Assembly (NCBI GenBank): GCA_002269645.1
Contig: NIVC01000302.1
Coordinates: 502,303-566,302, forward strand
DNA: 64,000 nucleotides
Source: Macrostomum lignano
Lineage: Eukaryota
Direction of reading: 5' to 3'
The notes under the pieces were generated by a model that was given only the letters and a program-made list of their open reading frames with translations, was not told the DNA's origin and did no database searches. The position numbers and the translations under genes were made by a program. Each line of letters begins with the position of its first letter. The stretch's first letter is position 1. Below, one piece after another: positions 60,108 through 64,000 of this stretch.

Positions 60108-61160
60108 GTCGCGAATTCTTGGAAGACCCTCCAAAAGATCGCGACAATGATCTCTCCTTCAAAAAGGGTACTTTAATATCTATTTGGATCATCATTTACA
60201 CAATTCCACTCTCTCATGGAACCAGCTGCTTTAACTCTGTACTGGCTCGAACCTTTGTCTACCCGACTCGATTCTCTGTTGCCATCCGATGCAGAACGTC
60301 GGAACTTCAGACGGATTTCTGGCGGCGATCAGTGCTTTGATTGCTTTATTTTTATGTTCCTTTCATTCTCAATTTTTTCAAAAACTGGCTGAGCAAATTT
60401 CAGACTAATTATACACATGTATTGTCTGAAATTTGCACAAGGGCATATTGTCTGAAAAATCGTCTGACATTCGCTCTGCCAACCTATGAGGATTTTCCCC
60501 TGCATCCCTCCATCTGCTGCCTCCCCTCCATCCACTACAACTTTATGATACTTCAATTTCAGTATCCGCCTAAATGGGAGTCTTGGAAAAAGCCGAGTCT
60601 CACTGAGCTTCATTGGCTGAGCTAAGCGATGCATCCCAGCCTCTCTGATGCAGAAAAGGATTTACGATTGTCACTGAGCAAATAGCTAGAGTTTTTTAAC
60701 TTTTACATACAACGCACGATTGTATTTTTTCGTTTTTTAGACAATCATTGATTTATACGACGAAACTACATCGAAAGTTGACGGTTGGACAAAATTAGCT
60801 TTTTTGATTACAGCGGCTCTAAAACTGATGTATGATTTTTTATTCAGAGATTCTGTACGGACAATAAAAAATGAGTTCAGAAATCCATTTGTTCCTCAAT
60901 AAAAGCGAGCACAAAACAGACTATAAACAGTGATCCACTAGCATGACAAAACCTTCGTTCGAGTCAATAACATTTCATAAAAAATAGCTATCTAGAGAAC
61001 AATAAAATCTTGCATGTTTACGACTTAAAAAATAGCTTGTACAATCCAGTTTTGACTTTTTTCACTTTTCAACTTGGAACAACAGTCAGTTACTTTAGGG
61101 AGGGAAATTAAATGAATAATTTACGGTGATTTCTGGCGTGGCTAATGACAAGGGAGCTGA

Positions 61161-63087
61161 TGGCACAGATAAAACCGATTGACAAGAGATAAGGGGGCAC
61201 AGATAAAAGTGGGTGACCAGAGATAAGGGGGCACAGATAAAAGTGGGTGAACAGAGATAAGGGGGCACAGATAAAAGTGGGTGACCAGAGATAAGGGGGC
61301 ACAGATAAAACCGATTGACAAGAGATAAGGGGGCACAGATAAAAGTGGGTGACCAGAGATAAGGGGGCACAGATAAAAGTGGGTGAACAGAGATAAGGGG
61401 GCACAGATAAAAGTGGGTGACCAGAGATAAGGGGGCACAGATAAAACCGATTGACAAGAGATAAGGGGGCACAGATAAAACCGATTGACAAGAGATAAGG
61501 GGGCACAGATAAAACCGATTGACAAGAGATAAGGGGCACAGATAAAAGCGGCTGACAAGAGATAAGGGGGCACAGATAAAAGTGGCTGACCAGAGATAAG
61601 GGGGCACAGATAAAAGTGGGTGAACAGAGATAAGGGGGCACAGATAAAAGTGGGTGACCAGAGATAAGGGGGCACAGATAAAACCGATTGACAAGAGATA
61701 AGGGGGCACAGATAAAAGTGGGTGACCAGAGATAAGGGGGCACAGATAAAAGTGGGTGACCAGAGATAAGGGGGCACAGATAAAAGTGGGTGACCAGAGA
61801 TAAGGGGGCACAGATAAAAGCGAGTGACCAGAGATAAGGGGGCACAGATAAAAGTGGCTGACCAGAGATAAGGGGGCACAGATAAAACCGATTGACAAGA
61901 GATAAGGGGGCACAGATAAAAGCGGCTGACCAGAGATAAAGGGGCACAGATAAAAGCGGCTGACCAGAGATAAGGGGGCACAGATAAAAGCGGCTGACCA
62001 GAGATAAGGGGGCACAGATAAAACCGATTGACAAGAGATAAGGGGACACAGATAAAAGCGGCTGACCAGAGATAAGGGGGCACAGATAAAAGTGGCTGAC
62101 CAGAGATAAGGGGGCACAGATAAAACCGATTGACAAGAGATAAGGGGGCACAGATAAAAGTGGCTGACCAGAGATAAGGGGGCACAGATAAAACCGATTG
62201 ACAAGAGATAAGGGGGCACAGATAAAAGCGGCTGACCAGAGATAAGGGGGGCACAGATAAAACCGATTGACAAGAGATAAGGGGGCACAGATAAAACCGA
62301 TTGACAAGAGATAAGGGGGCACAGATAAAAGTGGCTGACCAGAGATAAGGGGGCACAGATAAAACCGATTGACAAGAGATAAGGGGGCACAGATAAAAGC
62401 GGCTGACCAGAGATAAGGGGGCACAGATAAAAGCGGCTGACCAGAGATAAGGGGGCACAGATAAAAGCGGCTGACCAGAGATAAGGGGGCACAGATAAAA
62501 CCGATTGACAAGAGATAAGGGGACACAGATAAAAGCGGCTGACCAGAGATAAGGGGGCACAGATAAAAGCGGCTGACCAGAGATAAGGGGGGCACAGATA
62601 AAACCGATTGACAAGAGATAAGGGGGCACAGATAAAAGCGGCTGACCAGAGATAAAGGGGCACAGATAAAAGCGGCTGACCAGAGATAAGGGGGCACAGA
62701 TAAAAGCGATTGACAAGAGATAAGGGGGGCACAGATAAAACCGATTGACAAGAGATAAGGGGCACAGATAAAAGCGGCTGACCAGAGATAAGGGGGCACA
62801 GATAAAAGTGGGTGACCAGAGATAAGGGGGCACAGATAAAAGCGATTGACAAGAGATAAGGGGCACAGATAAAAGCGATTGACAAGAGATAAGGGGCACA
62901 GATAAAAGCGATTGACAAGAGATAAGGGGGCACAGATAAAAGCGATTGACAAGAGATAAGGGGGCACAGATAAAAGCGATTGACAAGAGATAAGGGGGCA
63001 CAGATAAAAGCGATTGACAAGAGATAAGGGGGCACAGATAAAAGCGAGTGACCAGAGATAAGGGGGCACAGATAAAAGCGAGTGACA
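61161..63087. repeat. 34-bp satellite (CAGAGATAAGGGGGCACAGATAAAAGCGGCTGAC)n, about 56 units
   Basis: Period 34; explains the three ~650-700 aa minus-strand ORFs. Confidence 0.97.
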
Positions 63088-63308
63088 AGGGAGCTGAGGG
63101 CATTAGAGCTATTTGAATTTGGAGGGCTACAGGTAGATGTGACGCGAATACTTTGAGTGGGGACAGAAATCCAATAATTAACCATCGCTGGCTAGCAGAA
63201 AAAATATCAATTATCATACCTGGGTTCCCCATACTCAGACTGGGAATCTTTCCTCACAAATATTTTTCAAATTGCCTTCCAGAAGCGGCCACCTGGAACC
63301 GCCCGGAG

Positions 63309-63848
63309 TCACAGCGCGGTGATCTGGCAGGCCGGGCCCTGTCCGCTGATGTCACAGTTGTCCAACAGCAGACGCTGCGCCGCCCGTCCGGACACGTCCG
63401 AGTCCGAGTCCGAGTTCCGCTTGCGACTGGCGCCGCCGCCCACGGCTGACACGGCCGTAGCGGCTCGCTCCATCTCGGCCTCATCGGAGCGTCCGGGCTG
63501 CTGCTGCGGCTGCTGCTGCCTGCGGCCGCCAGCTTTGGCTCCGCGCTGCTGGCAGAAAGTCGGGAACTGCTTGGCTATGGCGGCCCTGAACGAGCCGCTC
63601 AGCATGGAGTACACGATGGGGTTCACGCAGCAGGAGGCATAGTGCAGAGCGGTGGCGCAGATCTTCACCACCAGCATGGCGTTGCTGAATGGGAAAGTGT
63701 GCCGGAGCACGTGGTACCAGAAATTGATCAGCTCGGTGGGGAACCAGCAGATGCCGTATAGTGACGTCACCACCATCACCATCTTCGTCACTTTGGTGCG
63801 CTGACGGCGCTTGTTCTCGCGGCGCTTGTCCGAGCTGGCCTTGGAGTC
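63309..63848 (-). CDS. Class A (rhodopsin-like) neuropeptide-type GPCR, last exon (ICL3, TM6, TM7, C-tail)
   Basis: cccag acceptor, phase 0; KRRQRTKVTKMVMVV...CWFP (TM6), CCVNPIVYS (NPxxY), helix 8 SGSFR; resembles galanin/allatostatin/somatostatin receptor types. Confidence 0.9.
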   Translation of the reverse strand, partial: DSKASSDKRRENKRRQRTKVTKMVMVVTSLYGICWFPTELINFWYHVLRHTFPFSNAMLVVKICATALHYASCCVNPIVYSMLSGSFRAAIAKQFPTFCQQRGAKAGGRRQQQPQQQPGRSDEAEMERAATAVSAVGGGASRKRNSDSDSDVSGRAAQRLLLDNCDISGQGPACQITAL

Positions 63849-64000
63849 CTGGGATTGGGGAAAAGTGGATTGCTAGTCTATGCTCTGGGATTGGGGAAAA
63901 GTGGATTGCTAGTCTGTGCTCTGGGATTGGGGAAAAGTGGATTGCTAGTCTGTGCTCTGGGATTGGAGAAAAGTGGATTGCTAGTCTGTGCTCTGGGATT
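63849..64000. repeat. 36-bp tandem repeat that contains the GPCR splice acceptor
   Basis: GGGATTGGGGAAAAGTGGATTGCTAGTCTGTGCTCT x4 or more, running off the window end. Confidence 0.92.

Noticed and set aside
60086-60340. DLSFKKG, an SH3-like motif, followed by a possible donor
   Set aside because: No ALYDY-type start, no acceptor or partner exon found; too short to support a call.
61095-63232. Three 650-700 aa minus-strand ORFs
   Set aside because: They are translations of a stop-free 34-bp satellite in all three frames; there is no non-repetitive coding context.

Overview
Eukaryotic, repeat-rich animal genomic DNA. GC-rich exons with poly-Ala/Gln/Gly, AT-rich introns and many minisatellites suggest a free-living flatworm such as Macrostomum; that host identity is an inference. 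Host genes: (1) a multi-exon CAP/SCP + EGF-like + hydrophobic-tail gene (+, 76-14680, 5' end outside the window), whose ~10.8 kb intron appears to contain (2) a two-exon ELK/TCF-type ETS transcription factor on the same strand; (3,4) two divergent copies of the main eIF2-beta exon encoding identical proteins (20461-21162 minus, 41471-42172 plus), each followed by the same 28-bp satellite; (5) a PPC/DUF296 gene (minus) whose first clear exon has no ATG; (6) the last exon of a class A peptide GPCR (minus). Mobile DNA: a full-length Ty3/Gypsy element (30725-35627, TSD GATTG) whose RT is interrupted by an inverted PPT-LTR-PBS fragment of its own family; three nested DNA transposons; an RT-deleted RTE LINE in a telomere-like tract; a decayed piggyBac; two tRNA-SINE families; several MITEs; and at least 15 unrelated tandem arrays. 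The most unusual items are the inverted PPT-LTR-PBS cassette, the nested ETS gene, the inverted eIF2-beta duplication and the possible dependence of the minus-strand genes on spliced-leader trans-splicing. All alignments and splice joins were done by eye.
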